A DNA stretch of 64,000 bases from a virus. Lineage: Duplodnaviria; Caudoviricetes. Within the stretch, counting starts at the first letter, position 1. The number at the start of each line of letters is the position of its first letter. The notes under the pieces were generated by a model, which was not told where the DNA came from, made no database searches, and saw nothing but the letters and a program-made list of their open reading frames with translations. The DNA lies in IMG/VR virus record IMGVR_UViG_3300006092_000137, positions 3,951 through 67,950 of that record; one strand, 5' to 3'. The translations under genes were made by a program, and so were the position numbers. Below are positions 9,201 to 17,606 of this stretch, piece by piece.

Positions 9201-9385
9201 TGCCTCCACCGCGTCCGGTCTGCACCAACATGCGAGAGCTGTTGGAAGTGCTTGCCCAGATGCGTGAATGGCGCAACGCAGGCATGACGGACAAGGAGAT
9301 CTCCGCCCGCATTTACATGCGATGGGTGAAGCCTCGAGAAGCGTTTTACAAAGCCCTGCGGGATGCGAAGAAGGAGCAACGGTGA
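9197..9385 (+). CDS. hypothetical protein
   Basis: coupled ORF. Confidence 0.5.
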   Translation: MMPPPRPVCTNMRELLEVLAQMREWRNAGMTDKEISARIYMRWVKPREAFYKALRDAKKEQR

Positions 9386-9879
9386 GCGAGGAGAGGGTAT
9401 TCGACGACGATCCGAATCTCACAGCCCGAGCACGCTTGAAGTATGTGCTCAAAGACATACAAGACACGTTCGAGGTTGTGGAGCAGGACAACGACTTCTT
9501 GCTGCTCGTTTTGATGCACGTGCTGCAGGTCTTCGGGCAAATCGCGCGTGGTTCAGTACAAGACGGCGGGCGATTAATCGCTCACATTGAAGAAGTGCTC
9601 CGCAGGAAGCACGTGCTGAAGCGCGTGCAGATCCTGGAAGCCAAGCAGCGTTTGACGGGGAACCACGCAGAGCTGAAGCCTTTCGTCGCCATTGAGCCTG
9701 CTGTGGTGGAGCTGATGGACAGGACAGCGCAGGTGATTGAGAGTCTGGGCAACGCAGGTGCTGACGTGTTCCGTAACGACGATGATTCAGAGTCAGCGCG
9801 TGAGTTCCGTGGTGCGTGGATCGTTGCTCGGCATGTGCTTGAAGATCTGAATGCGGTGGTCAAGGAGTTCAAAAAATGA
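9382..9879 (+). CDS. hypothetical helical protein with internal AAxRLxG tag
   Basis: AGGAG RBS, GTG start; EAKQRLTG. Confidence 0.65.
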   Translation: MSEERVFDDDPNLTARARLKYVLKDIQDTFEVVEQDNDFLLLVLMHVLQVFGQIARGSVQDGGRLIAHIEEVLRRKHVLKRVQILEAKQRLTGNHAELKPFVAIEPAVVELMDRTAQVIESLGNAGADVFRNDDDSESAREFRGAWIVARHVLEDLNAVVKEFKK

Positions 9880-10148
9880 CTGAGGAAGAGCTCCAAGAGC
9901 GCCTTGCGCGCATGCGGTCGCACAACTGGCAGGTGAAGGGCGGGTACTTCATCGGTGAGGGCAACTACAGGATCGCCATCAGTTGCACGCACAAGAAGGT
10001 TGGTGCCTGCGGCGGTTGCTATGCGCGTTTGACGAGTGCCATTGAGCTCATCAAAGAAGTGCCAGAAGCAGCAGCGTTGATCTGCTCAGAGCTGCACCAG
10101 GCACAGCTTGCAGAAGGAGCAGCCAAGCGGTTGAAGGGTGAATTTTGA
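9876..10148 (+). CDS. putative Zn-binding protein (paralogue of 11401-11748) with AAxRLxG tag
   Basis: SCTH..GACGGCYARL; EGAAKRLKG. Confidence 0.7.
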   Translation: MTEEELQERLARMRSHNWQVKGGYFIGEGNYRIAISCTHKKVGACGGCYARLTSAIELIKEVPEAAALICSELHQAQLAEGAAKRLKGEF

Positions 10149-10474
10149 ATCTCTGGTGGCGCGAAGAAGGGTTCAACCCCGAAATGCTGCCACCACGTGG
10201 TCGCGTGGCTCTGTACACGGATGCGACGCGCTTCGGGTACACCTACACAGGTGTGTCGTGGGTCTGCTCGACGATCACACTGAAAGGTTATCGTCTGGGG
10301 GAGCCGCGCACACCAATCTGGAGCATCACCTGCCGCCCCAACATCGATTTGGCGGCACCCAGCTTCACAGTGACGGGCTCGCTTGCATGGGCGAAGCGTA
10401 GAGCGCGCCAGAACTTCATTCGTCAGCGCTCGGCCTTAATGCTGGGCGTAGATTTCAAACCGTGGCACCTGTGA
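10145..10474 (+). CDS. GSLxWAKRR-family small protein
   Basis: GSLAWAKRRARQNF; TTG start overlapping previous stop. Confidence 0.7.
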   Translation: MNLWWREEGFNPEMLPPRGRVALYTDATRFGYTYTGVSWVCSTITLKGYRLGEPRTPIWSITCRPNIDLAAPSFTVTGSLAWAKRRARQNFIRQRSALMLGVDFKPWHL

Positions 10475-10770
10475 TGCAGCACATTCTCTCTGAAATTTTG
10501 CCAGCACCAGGAGCGCTCAAGCTCGTGTCGCTGTGCCAAAACGAGCGCAACGACGGTTACGACTCTTACGTCCCGGAGCCACGCTACCTGCCTTGGGTTG
10601 GCTGCCAGGCTTGCTACCGAATTTGGGTGAACTTCAGACGAGACCAAATCAAGGTGCTCAGGAAAGAATTTTTTGAGCTCGATTGGGAGGAAGCCGAATA
10701 CGAGGACAACCTGTTCCACAAGCGCATACGTGAGGCTGCGGATCGGCTCAATGGGAACCACGAGGGATGA
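10471..10770 (+). CDS. hypothetical protein with AAxRLxG tag
   Basis: EAADRLNG near C-terminus. Confidence 0.65.
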   Translation: MMQHILSEILPAPGALKLVSLCQNERNDGYDSYVPEPRYLPWVGCQACYRIWVNFRRDQIKVLRKEFFELDWEEAEYEDNLFHKRIREAADRLNGNHEG

Positions 10771-11099
10771 AGCTACCCATCGTCAAATACGTTCCAGAGA
10801 CGATTCGGGAGTATTGCGATCGTTTGCGCTTGGCGGTGGTGCTTTACAGCGATGGAGCCCTGGCGCTGACCAGCGAGCACTCACCCTTTTTTGAAAAGGG
10901 GGTGTGGATTGAGCTAGCGCCGCGCTACCGCGATCAACTGAAGGAGCTGCAAATGCGACGCTTCAGAATTTGGCAACACCACAAGGGCTCCAAGCAGGCT
11001 TGGGATAACGAGAAGTTCTATGGGCTCTTCGAAGGCATCGAACAGGCCGCTCGTCTGATAAAGGCCAATGAAGCTGCCCAGCGCCTGACGGGCCTGTAA
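10767..11099 (+). CDS. hypothetical protein with AAxRLxG tag
   Basis: ends EAAQRLTGL. Confidence 0.7.
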   Translation: MKLPIVKYVPETIREYCDRLRLAVVLYSDGALALTSEHSPFFEKGVWIELAPRYRDQLKELQMRRFRIWQHHKGSKQAWDNEKFYGLFEGIEQAARLIKANEAAQRLTGL

Positions 11100-11125
11100 G
11101 GAAAGTTTCAGGGTCCTCGGGCAAG
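11100..11125 (+). promoter_or_regulatory. GGAAA-N14-GGGCAAG motif 6
   Basis: 9 nt before ATG 11135. Confidence 0.7.
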
Positions 11126-11134
11126 GGGTCATGT

Positions 11135-11404
11135 ATGGACCCAACACCCCTCTCCGATTTGACCGCCAACCTCACCGATGCGCAGCGCACTCCCGAGAAC
11201 CTCAAGCGCCTCTACGAGAAGCACGTTGTGCGGTACAAAGTGATGCTGCGTGCTCACATGCTGGGCGACCCGGGTTACCGAGGGAAGGAGCTGATGGACT
11301 TGCTTGCAGTGTGGAACGCCGTGAAGGTGGCTGACTTCCGCTGGGAGCACCTGACGAAGGCCGCGCAGGTCGAAGTTTACGACGCGGTTCTAAGTGGGGA
11401 ATGA
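11135..11404 (+). CDS. hypothetical protein
   Basis: high GC3; follows GGAAA-N14-GGGCAAG motif. Confidence 0.65.
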   Translation: MDPTPLSDLTANLTDAQRTPENLKRLYEKHVVRYKVMLRAHMLGDPGYRGKELMDLLAVWNAVKVADFRWEHLTKAAQVEVYDAVLSGE

Positions 11405-11748
11405 GCATGTTCGAATGGAACGTAAGGAAGCCCCGGGGGTTGAAGCTCACCAACCTCCAGAGCGGGAAGTCTGTTGGGTACTACCGCGTCAGCTGTCCCC
11501 ACAACGCTTCGACGGCTCGGGCGGGCGGGGCCTGCGCAGGGTGCTTTGCCCGGTTGTACTATGCGCTGGTGCTGATCAAGGACAACATCGATTCCGCACC
11601 GCAGGTCGTCGAAAGCATCTTCACCTCGATGCGCCAGGAGAACGCGGCAATGCGCTTGAAGGGGACCTACCTCCCGCAGGGCCTCCAGGACGACGGTGTA
11701 CAAGTCCTCCAAAAGCCAATGAAAAAGGCAAAAAAGAAACAGAGTTAA
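11401..11748 (+). CDS. putative Zn-binding protein (paralogue of 9876-10148) with AAxRLxG tag
   Basis: SCPH...GACAGCFARL; ENAAMRLKG; basic tail. Confidence 0.7.
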   Translation: MSMFEWNVRKPRGLKLTNLQSGKSVGYYRVSCPHNASTARAGGACAGCFARLYYALVLIKDNIDSAPQVVESIFTSMRQENAAMRLKGTYLPQGLQDDGVQVLQKPMKKAKKKQS

Positions 11749-11827
11749 CAAAGAAAACGAAATAAACTAAGATTATTGGCGTACAGGGGGAAGGGTCCCC
11801 CGGTTTGTAAGAAAGGGCTGGTACGTC

Positions 11828-12442
11828 ATGAAGCGGTTTCTCCTGGCAGTGCTGTTGGTGGGTTGCGGTTCGGTTGCCCCGGGTGAGCTCGACCCCCTGG
11901 AAGATGCCGGTTCTGAGGCCCTGGACGGGGCTGTAAGCGACGCGGGCCTTCCTCAGGACCAAGACTCAGGGGCGCCCGGATTCGACGCAGGAGAGCCCTC
12001 CCAGGACGCTGGGGAGCCTGTGGTGGATGCCGGGAACCCCATGCCTGTCGATTCGGGCGTTTACGATGCCGGGCAGCCAATGCCCCCGGTTGACGCGGGC
12101 GTGCCCGATGCGGGCCCCCCGGCATGCACCCCAGGCACCCTCGGTTGCGGGTGCGCCTACAACAGCTCCAACATGCAGTGGAGCTGTGGGGCAGGGCAAG
12201 GCGTGTGCGATCTGCAAGCTGGCAAGTGCACCAACTGCGGTTACAACGGAGGCCCATGCTGCAACGGCCCGTCTGGGCGCACCTGCAACGCAGGGTCCTC
12301 TGCGTGTCTGCGCCACACCAGCTCGGTGTATCAGTGCCATGCCAATTTCGCGTGCAGCGCCACCGGTACGGGCACCGTTACCAAAGCGTGCTTCGAAGGC
12401 GGTTGCTGCAACAACCTCACCTGCAACGGAACCTGCGGTTAA
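11828..12442 (+). CDS. lipoprotein with DAG-repeat linker and 18-Cys C-terminal domain
   Basis: MKRFLLAVLLVGC lipobox; ten D[AS]G repeats; Cys-rich end. Confidence 0.8.
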   Translation: MKRFLLAVLLVGCGSVAPGELDPLEDAGSEALDGAVSDAGLPQDQDSGAPGFDAGEPSQDAGEPVVDAGNPMPVDSGVYDAGQPMPPVDAGVPDAGPPACTPGTLGCGCAYNSSNMQWSCGAGQGVCDLQAGKCTNCGYNGGPCCNGPSGRTCNAGSSACLRHTSSVYQCHANFACSATGTGTVTKACFEGGCCNNLTCNGTCG

Positions 12443-12528
12443 CGGGAGAACGCCACCATGCCAATGATGACCTGCATCATTCGTTTCACCGACATCTTCC
12501 GCGCGTTGTTTGGAAGGCTCTGAAGGCT

Positions 12529-12729
12529 GTGCGGCAGGATTGCACGCATTGGATCTGCGATGGCTGCCAGCAGGAGCTGGTGAAGCCGCGCGGCCAAAAC
12601 CCTCGCGGGTGGGTGTGGTATCGCGAGCAGGGCGAGATCAAACATCTGTGCGACAATTGCGCGATCATCGCGAAGCCTTCGAGCGCAAACCCGCTGGGTA
12701 AGGATTTAGGGGCTCGCTATGAGCGATGA
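12529..12729 (+). CDS. small zinc-finger protein
   Basis: CDGC and CDNC; GTG start chosen by RBS, uncertain. Confidence 0.5.
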   Translation: MRQDCTHWICDGCQQELVKPRGQNPRGWVWYREQGEIKHLCDNCAIIAKPSSANPLGKDLGARYER

Positions 12730-13120
12730 AATGACTGGCGCTGTGCCTGGCATCGCGGAGTTTCACCCATGCACGGACTGCTCTGCGTATTACGGGCAAA
12801 GAATTGCCGGGCGCTACGTCATTTACGCCGCTGATGGCCTGGCAAAATTCGCTTGCGGCAATTGCTTGGAGAAGCACCAAGGGCGCTGGGAAGATTTTCT
12901 CGACATGCTGGAGCGCATATACGGGTACGAGGCAGCGATGCGCTTGGGAGCCACTGAACCTCCACAGGATCTGCTCGAAGAGAAGATGACGATCGCAGAA
13001 GCATGGGGCTTCAAGATGGGCTGGCATCGCGGCAGGATCCTCCGCTGCAGGGGCTGCAAGAAAGCCGTCTTCGGCGGGCCTACGCGGTGCCGTGACTGCG
13101 CTGAAAAACTTGCCGTTTGA
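12719..13120 (+). CDS. multi-CxxC protein with AAxRL tag
   Basis: CTDC, CGNC, CRGC, CRDC; EAAMRLG. Confidence 0.6.
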   Translation: MSDEMTGAVPGIAEFHPCTDCSAYYGQRIAGRYVIYAADGLAKFACGNCLEKHQGRWEDFLDMLERIYGYEAAMRLGATEPPQDLLEEKMTIAEAWGFKMGWHRGRILRCRGCKKAVFGGPTRCRDCAEKLAV

Positions 13121-13150
13121 TAGACACGTGTTTTGGGCCGGTGGTACAAC
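13121..13150 (+). promoter_or_regulatory. sigma70-like promoter, possibly leaderless
   Basis: TAGACA (13121-26) N18 TACAAC (13145-50); ATG is the 7th base after the hexamer. Confidence 0.45.
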
Positions 13151-13156
13151 ACGGCC

Positions 13157-13579
13157 ATGCCACGTTCCCTGCTCGTCGTTTTTGCCGTGTCCGTAGCAAC
13201 CCTATTCACCTTCGCCGCGTTTGGGGCCCAAGCGGATAAGGGTCCGCTTGGAACGATCGCAGTGCTGGATGCTGGCTCTGCGAACAATGCATTGAGCAAC
13301 TGCCACACCTGCACGGCCTTCAACCTGCTCCCCAACCACAAGGTCTCGCTTCAGTCGCCCGACTCAGGGGTTTGGTACTGCCTCGATGGTTCCCCAACCT
13401 GCGCTGCAGGCTACCCCGGCATCTGGCTGGCCCCCGGGCCCGTGATTGACGATACGGTGCGCAGGCGCCTGGACGGAGGCATTTCGTGGGGCCTGATTTC
13501 CATCAAATGCGCCACGGGTGTTTCGGTGTGCGACCTCAACGTCTTCGACAACTTCGCAAACGTTCCAGCCTCCCCATGA
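13157..13579 (+). CDS. exported protein with signal peptide
   Basis: MPRSLLVVFAVSVATLFTFAAFGAQA signal-like; several Cys. Confidence 0.7.
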   Translation: MPRSLLVVFAVSVATLFTFAAFGAQADKGPLGTIAVLDAGSANNALSNCHTCTAFNLLPNHKVSLQSPDSGVWYCLDGSPTCAAGYPGIWLAPGPVIDDTVRRRLDGGISWGLISIKCATGVSVCDLNVFDNFANVPASP

Positions 13580-15522
13580 AAAAATTCAGCTTGCTGGTAG
13601 TCGCCACTCTGCTGGTCGGCGCAGTGGCGTCGGCTGGCAGGTACACGCCTCACAACCACAGCCCTCGTTACCGTTTGGGTGCGCACTACAGGTTGCCCCC
13701 ATCTGGCGGTGACAACGGGTTGATCTACAACCTCCTCGGACCAGCGGGTGTTGGGATGCCTGCGGCGCAAGAGCTCTGCGCATCGCTCCAAGCCGGGGAC
13801 AAGTCTGGCAACTGGTATTGCTTGAACGGCGATGGAACGATGGCAAGCGGGAGCGTGCTTACGCTCTCACCGCAGAATTCACCGACCGTTCAAAGCCATG
13901 CGTTGTGCCCCAACGGTGCCAACTGCACAGCGGTGAATAGAAACAAGCTGCTCCGCGCATCCTCGCAGCATTTTGCAACGTCTGCGACCACAGTTCCCAC
14001 GGGCAGCTTCAGCATCGTTGTTCTGTACAGCGACGACCCTACCAATGCGTCAGGGGAGATTGCTTCCAAGTGGGACTTGGGCACGCTCACTTATACGATG
14101 GAAGCAGCGGCAGGTGGCGTGCGCTTTTACGTGAACAACGGTACGTCACAGGTCAATACCATCAACACTTCTGACCGTGCGCTGTACGAAGAGCGGTTTT
14201 ACTGTGCCCGTTACGACACGGCTGATGGGCGAGCACGCTTGCGCGTGAATGGGGTGAACGACACAGCCAGCGGTGCGCTTTCGCCAGCGACGCCGCGCTC
14301 GAACTCGATGGCTTTGACAGTGGGCGCAGCCTCTGGCGGTGGTGCTGGAGTGAACGGGCGCATTCGTGGGTTGTTTTTCACCGAGAAAGCACTTTCTGAA
14401 GCGGACTGTGACCGCATTCAGGCGCTGGTTGTACCCCGCACAATCACGAGCGCGGCAGGGGGTGCCGTAACCTTTTCGCGGAATTCGATTCAAACGTGCT
14501 GCCAAAATTACGGCGATACCACGGGGTGTACTGTGCTCTCTGCAGGTGTGCCCTGCATCAGCGGTTTTGGCGGGGTACTTACGGAGCGTGCCCTGACTCA
14601 AATCCTGCTGCGCACCTATCAGCTCGATAATGCGGCTTGGGCTGACGTTGGCACACCCACCGTCACGGCTAACGCTTACGAAGGGCCCTTCGGTTGGCCC
14701 GACATGGAGAAACTGGAAGACGACGATGGAGCAGCGCTTGAAGGCCGTGAGCAAGTGGTTGCCACGACATCGCAAAACCGTGTCGTGATGACTGCTTGGT
14801 TGCGCAGCGACACCGCTACCGAGGCCACCATGTCGATCACTGGCACGGGTAACAGCGGCGGTGACGTGACATGTGCAATCACGGGGCTTACCAGCACCCC
14901 CACACGGTATGCTTGCATCAGCACGGCTGCCTACGCGGCAGGCATCACGGCCATCACCGCGCGCGTGCTCGTTGGGGATGCGGTCGGGGACACTGGTTCT
15001 ATCGGAGCAGGGCACGTCAACGTGATGATGGACACGTTGGGAGTGCAATCTCGCCCCACCAGCTACGTTCCTGCCACATCAGCTTCAGTGAATCGGGTGC
15101 TGGCGCACGCAGAATTTGCAACGCCTGCAGCTCTTACAGACACAGCAGGCTGTGCGGCAGTTTCGTGGCGCCTCCAAACGCTGAACACCACCAACCAGAT
15201 CAGTGGCATTGCTCTGTACTCTGGGGGGCCTCGTTGGTCCTATTTCAGCAACGCCACCAATGCACGAGGTTTGGACCAAACGACGACTTTGGAGATTGGT
15301 GTCGGCACCGTGTACAACAACCTCGTGCGCACAGGGTACAGCTGGGGAGTGCCTGGAACGAAGCTGCAAAACCTGCTCGCGGGGACCAGCGTTGTTGGCG
15401 CCTACGATGGTACTGCTCGAAGCGGCACGACGGCGATTGGATCCGAGAGCGGCGTCACCAATTACATCGATGGGTACGTCGGGAACATCCAGCTCTACAG
15501 TATTTACGGGGGATGCCAGTGA
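13576..15522 (+). CDS. signal-peptide protein with LamG/ConA-like domain and phage fibre-type C-terminal domain
   Basis: MKKFSLLVVATLLVGAVASA; LamG-like YDTADGRARLRVNG; TERALTQILLRTYQLDNAAW and PTSYVPATSASVNR resemble virion fibre motifs. Confidence 0.7.
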   Translation: MKKFSLLVVATLLVGAVASAGRYTPHNHSPRYRLGAHYRLPPSGGDNGLIYNLLGPAGVGMPAAQELCASLQAGDKSGNWYCLNGDGTMASGSVLTLSPQNSPTVQSHALCPNGANCTAVNRNKLLRASSQHFATSATTVPTGSFSIVVLYSDDPTNASGEIASKWDLGTLTYTMEAAAGGVRFYVNNGTSQVNTINTSDRALYEERFYCARYDTADGRARLRVNGVNDTASGALSPATPRSNSMALTVGAASGGGAGVNGRIRGLFFTEKALSEADCDRIQALVVPRTITSAAGGAVTFSRNSIQTCCQNYGDTTGCTVLSAGVPCISGFGGVLTERALTQILLRTYQLDNAAWADVGTPTVTANAYEGPFGWPDMEKLEDDDGAALEGREQVVATTSQNRVVMTAWLRSDTATEATMSITGTGNSGGDVTCAITGLTSTPTRYACISTAAYAAGITAITARVLVGDAVGDTGSIGAGHVNVMMDTLGVQSRPTSYVPATSASVNRVLAHAEFATPAALTDTAGCAAVSWRLQTLNTTNQISGIALYSGGPRWSYFSNATNARGLDQTTTLEIGVGTVYNNLVRTGYSWGVPGTKLQNLLAGTSVVGAYDGTARSGTTAIGSESGVTNYIDGYVGNIQLYSIYGGCQ

Positions 15523-16151
15523 ATCCACGCCTGAAAATGCTGCTCGCCTTCGTTGGCACTGCCACGGTTGGCGTTGGGAGCGCACTCGTGAGCGTGTACC
15601 TGCCAAAAGAAGACGTTACGCGAGCACAGCTCCTCGATGCTGGTATCACCGACGATTGCAATCAGATCGCCTTGTTCTGCGATGCGGAGATTGACGGCGA
15701 TGCGAGGCCGCAATGGCGCGATGCAGGGTTCTCCAAACGATTTGCTCGGCTTGGCATTCCCGGTTTCCGCTGCCCCGCCGCTGCAGAGGGCGGTGGTAAG
15801 CGAATCATCGAAGACGGCGGACTGATTCTTCCCCCCGGACTTCGCCAGTTGGTAAGGCGCGGGCTTCGAATTTACCTCGATGACTGCGAGTTTGGCCCCT
15901 GTGCGGATAACCGAGACGTCTGCGGAGCGGCGGTATTCGGCGACAACACTCCCTTCGTGGTGAAGCCCCCAACCCACGTGCACGCCCCAATGGATGGGGG
16001 CACTTCCTGCCAGCGGCGCGAGCGGCTCCCTGACGGCGGTACCCGGGTGCGGTATTTTGGTGCAGGCAACGTCTTCCCAGTGGGGGAGGCGGTCGGGTCG
16101 GGGTGCGTGCCGTCGATGAACGCTGCTGACAGCGACCACGACGACTTGTAA
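15519..16151 (+). CDS. membrane-anchored Cys-rich protein
   Basis: GTGA coupling; N-terminal hydrophobic segment; several DAG/DGG. Confidence 0.65.
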   Translation: MNPRLKMLLAFVGTATVGVGSALVSVYLPKEDVTRAQLLDAGITDDCNQIALFCDAEIDGDARPQWRDAGFSKRFARLGIPGFRCPAAAEGGGKRIIEDGGLILPPGLRQLVRRGLRIYLDDCEFGPCADNRDVCGAAVFGDNTPFVVKPPTHVHAPMDGGTSCQRRERLPDGGTRVRYFGAGNVFPVGEAVGSGCVPSMNAADSDHDDL

Positions 16152-16172
16152 CCCCTGCTTTTTCTGGTCCCT

Positions 16173-16198
16173 GGAAAATTGACACAGCCACGGGCAAG
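16173..16198 (+). promoter_or_regulatory. GGAAA-N14-GGGCAAG motif 7
   Basis: 10 nt before ATG 16209. Confidence 0.7.
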
Positions 16199-16208
16199 GT
16201 AAAGGGGT

Positions 16209-16418
16209 ATGCCTCCTTTCATTGCTTTTCTGCTGGGCGTCTCCCTGGGCATGTGGGGCACCTACTTTTGGATGAATGCAAACCGAAGACGCGCGGTACA
16301 GCGCTTCGGAATGATCCACGAGACGATGCACCAGCGCCACATGGAGCACTTGCTGAGTGTCTATCTTTCGACTGGAAAATGTTACCGAGAGGAGCATGTG
16401 CGTGAGTTCAAAAACTGA
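16209..16418 (+). CDS. small single-TM protein
   Basis: N-terminal hydrophobic helix; follows GGAAA-N14-GGGCAAG. Confidence 0.6.
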   Translation: MPPFIAFLLGVSLGMWGTYFWMNANRRRAVQRFGMIHETMHQRHMEHLLSVYLSTGKCYREEHVREFKN

Positions 16419-16434
16419 CCGCAATGCGCCTCAA

Positions 16435-16797
16435 ATGTATTTCCTCGACCGCGAGTACACCGACAAAAACGGGAACAAAATTTCTGGGCGTGAGATGGCA
16501 CTGCTCATGGAAGACATGGAGTACCGCCGTGTCGGTTACACAGAAACCTCGCAAGGCATCACGGTTTCAACGGTTTGGACACCAATCGACGGAGCGTTTG
16601 GATCTGGCCGAAATTTCGAAACAATGGTGAAGCGCAGCGGTGGTTCTTGGTGTGGCTGCTGGCCATACCAGACACAAGCTGAAGCAGAAGCTGGGCACCG
16701 AGAGTTGGTTGAAAGATTCAGTCGTCCTATCAAGGAAGCGGCGGACGCATTGTCTCGCCTGACCGGGGACGAAGAATGGGTGAATTTGTACACTTGA
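16435..16797 (+). CDS. conserved phage hypothetical protein with AAxRLxG tag
   Basis: VSTVW...FETMV motif common in phage hypotheticals; DALSRLTG; start uncertain. Confidence 0.6.
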   Translation: MYFLDREYTDKNGNKISGREMALLMEDMEYRRVGYTETSQGITVSTVWTPIDGAFGSGRNFETMVKRSGGSWCGCWPYQTQAEAEAGHRELVERFSRPIKEAADALSRLTGDEEWVNLYT

Positions 16798-16857
16798 TGC
16801 TGTGCTGGCTTTTGGTTTCGCTGGTGGTGGTGACGTTTTGGGTTTGGCGGAAGTGGC

Positions 16858-17394
16858 ATGATTGAGACGCATCTTCACTGGATGGCATACCCTGGCGATC
16901 GGTACTGGCGGTTGCACCAGGCACGTGTGAAGACAGCCCCGAAGCACCTCGAGGGGTGCCACAAAATTTCCTACGAGTACCTGGCGTTGCGGCATCTTGT
17001 GAAGGGTGGCTGGAAATGGACCATGGAAGTTATTGGACCGCATGGATCCACGCACGAGAAGGGCTTCATCCCAGAAGAGGTGGACCCGCGACCGCTCTGT
17101 GAAGAGCGCTTCCGTGTGTACCTTGCGGCCCGGGCGCTCGTTGGGGGCGGGCCTCTGCTGATGCCTCGAACTTTGGTTTTTGAGAAGCCCTGCGAGCTCT
17201 GCCCACCATCTGTGGTGGCTCGGATCAACAAGCACCACGACAAGTTGATGAACCAGCACATCATCGCTGACTACACCGACACTCTCGGGGAGTTGATGGC
17301 CTTCAACGATAATCTCTGTGGAAAACGAGGCCGTGACATTTTTCTTGGTCTTCAAAGGAAAATTTACAAGCGCTGGGGCAAGGTGCCTGCATGA
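16858..17394 (+). CDS. hypothetical protein
   Basis: 178-aa ORF in operon run. Confidence 0.55.
   Translation: MIETHLHWMAYPGDRYWRLHQARVKTAPKHLEGCHKISYEYLALRHLVKGGWKWTMEVIGPHGSTHEKGFIPEEVDPRPLCEERFRVYLAARALVGGGPLLMPRTLVFEKPCELCPPSVVARINKHHDKLMNQHIIADYTDTLGELMAFNDNLCGKRGRDIFLGLQRKIYKRWGKVPA
17357..17382 (+). promoter_or_regulatory. GGAAA-N14-GGGCAAG motif 8
   Basis: 8 nt before ATG 17391. Confidence 0.65.
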
Positions 17395-17606
17395 TCGTCA
17401 AGGTTCAGCTCTCTCAGGTAAGCCCAGGCAGTGCGGCGCGGCAGGCATTGGTGTACGACGAAGCACGTACCGTGAATTACATGGGACCTTGCCCTGAAGA
17501 TATTCTGCTGCGCATGGGCAATCGATCGAAGGCGTTTTTTCATGCCAAAATCGACGGCCAGAAGCGGCTCAGCTTAGGTGACACTGCTGGTTGGCAAGAG
17601 TGGTGA
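17391..17606 (+). CDS. hypothetical protein
   Basis: ATGA coupling; follows GGAAA-N14-GGGCAAG. Confidence 0.65.
   Translation: MIVKVQLSQVSPGSAARQALVYDEARTVNYMGPCPEDILLRMGNRSKAFFHAKIDGQKRLSLGDTAGWQEW

Noticed and set aside
16179-16207. Perfect TTGACA as a sigma70 -35
   Set aside because: No acceptable -10 at 16-18 nt; it lies within the spacer of GGAAA motif 7.
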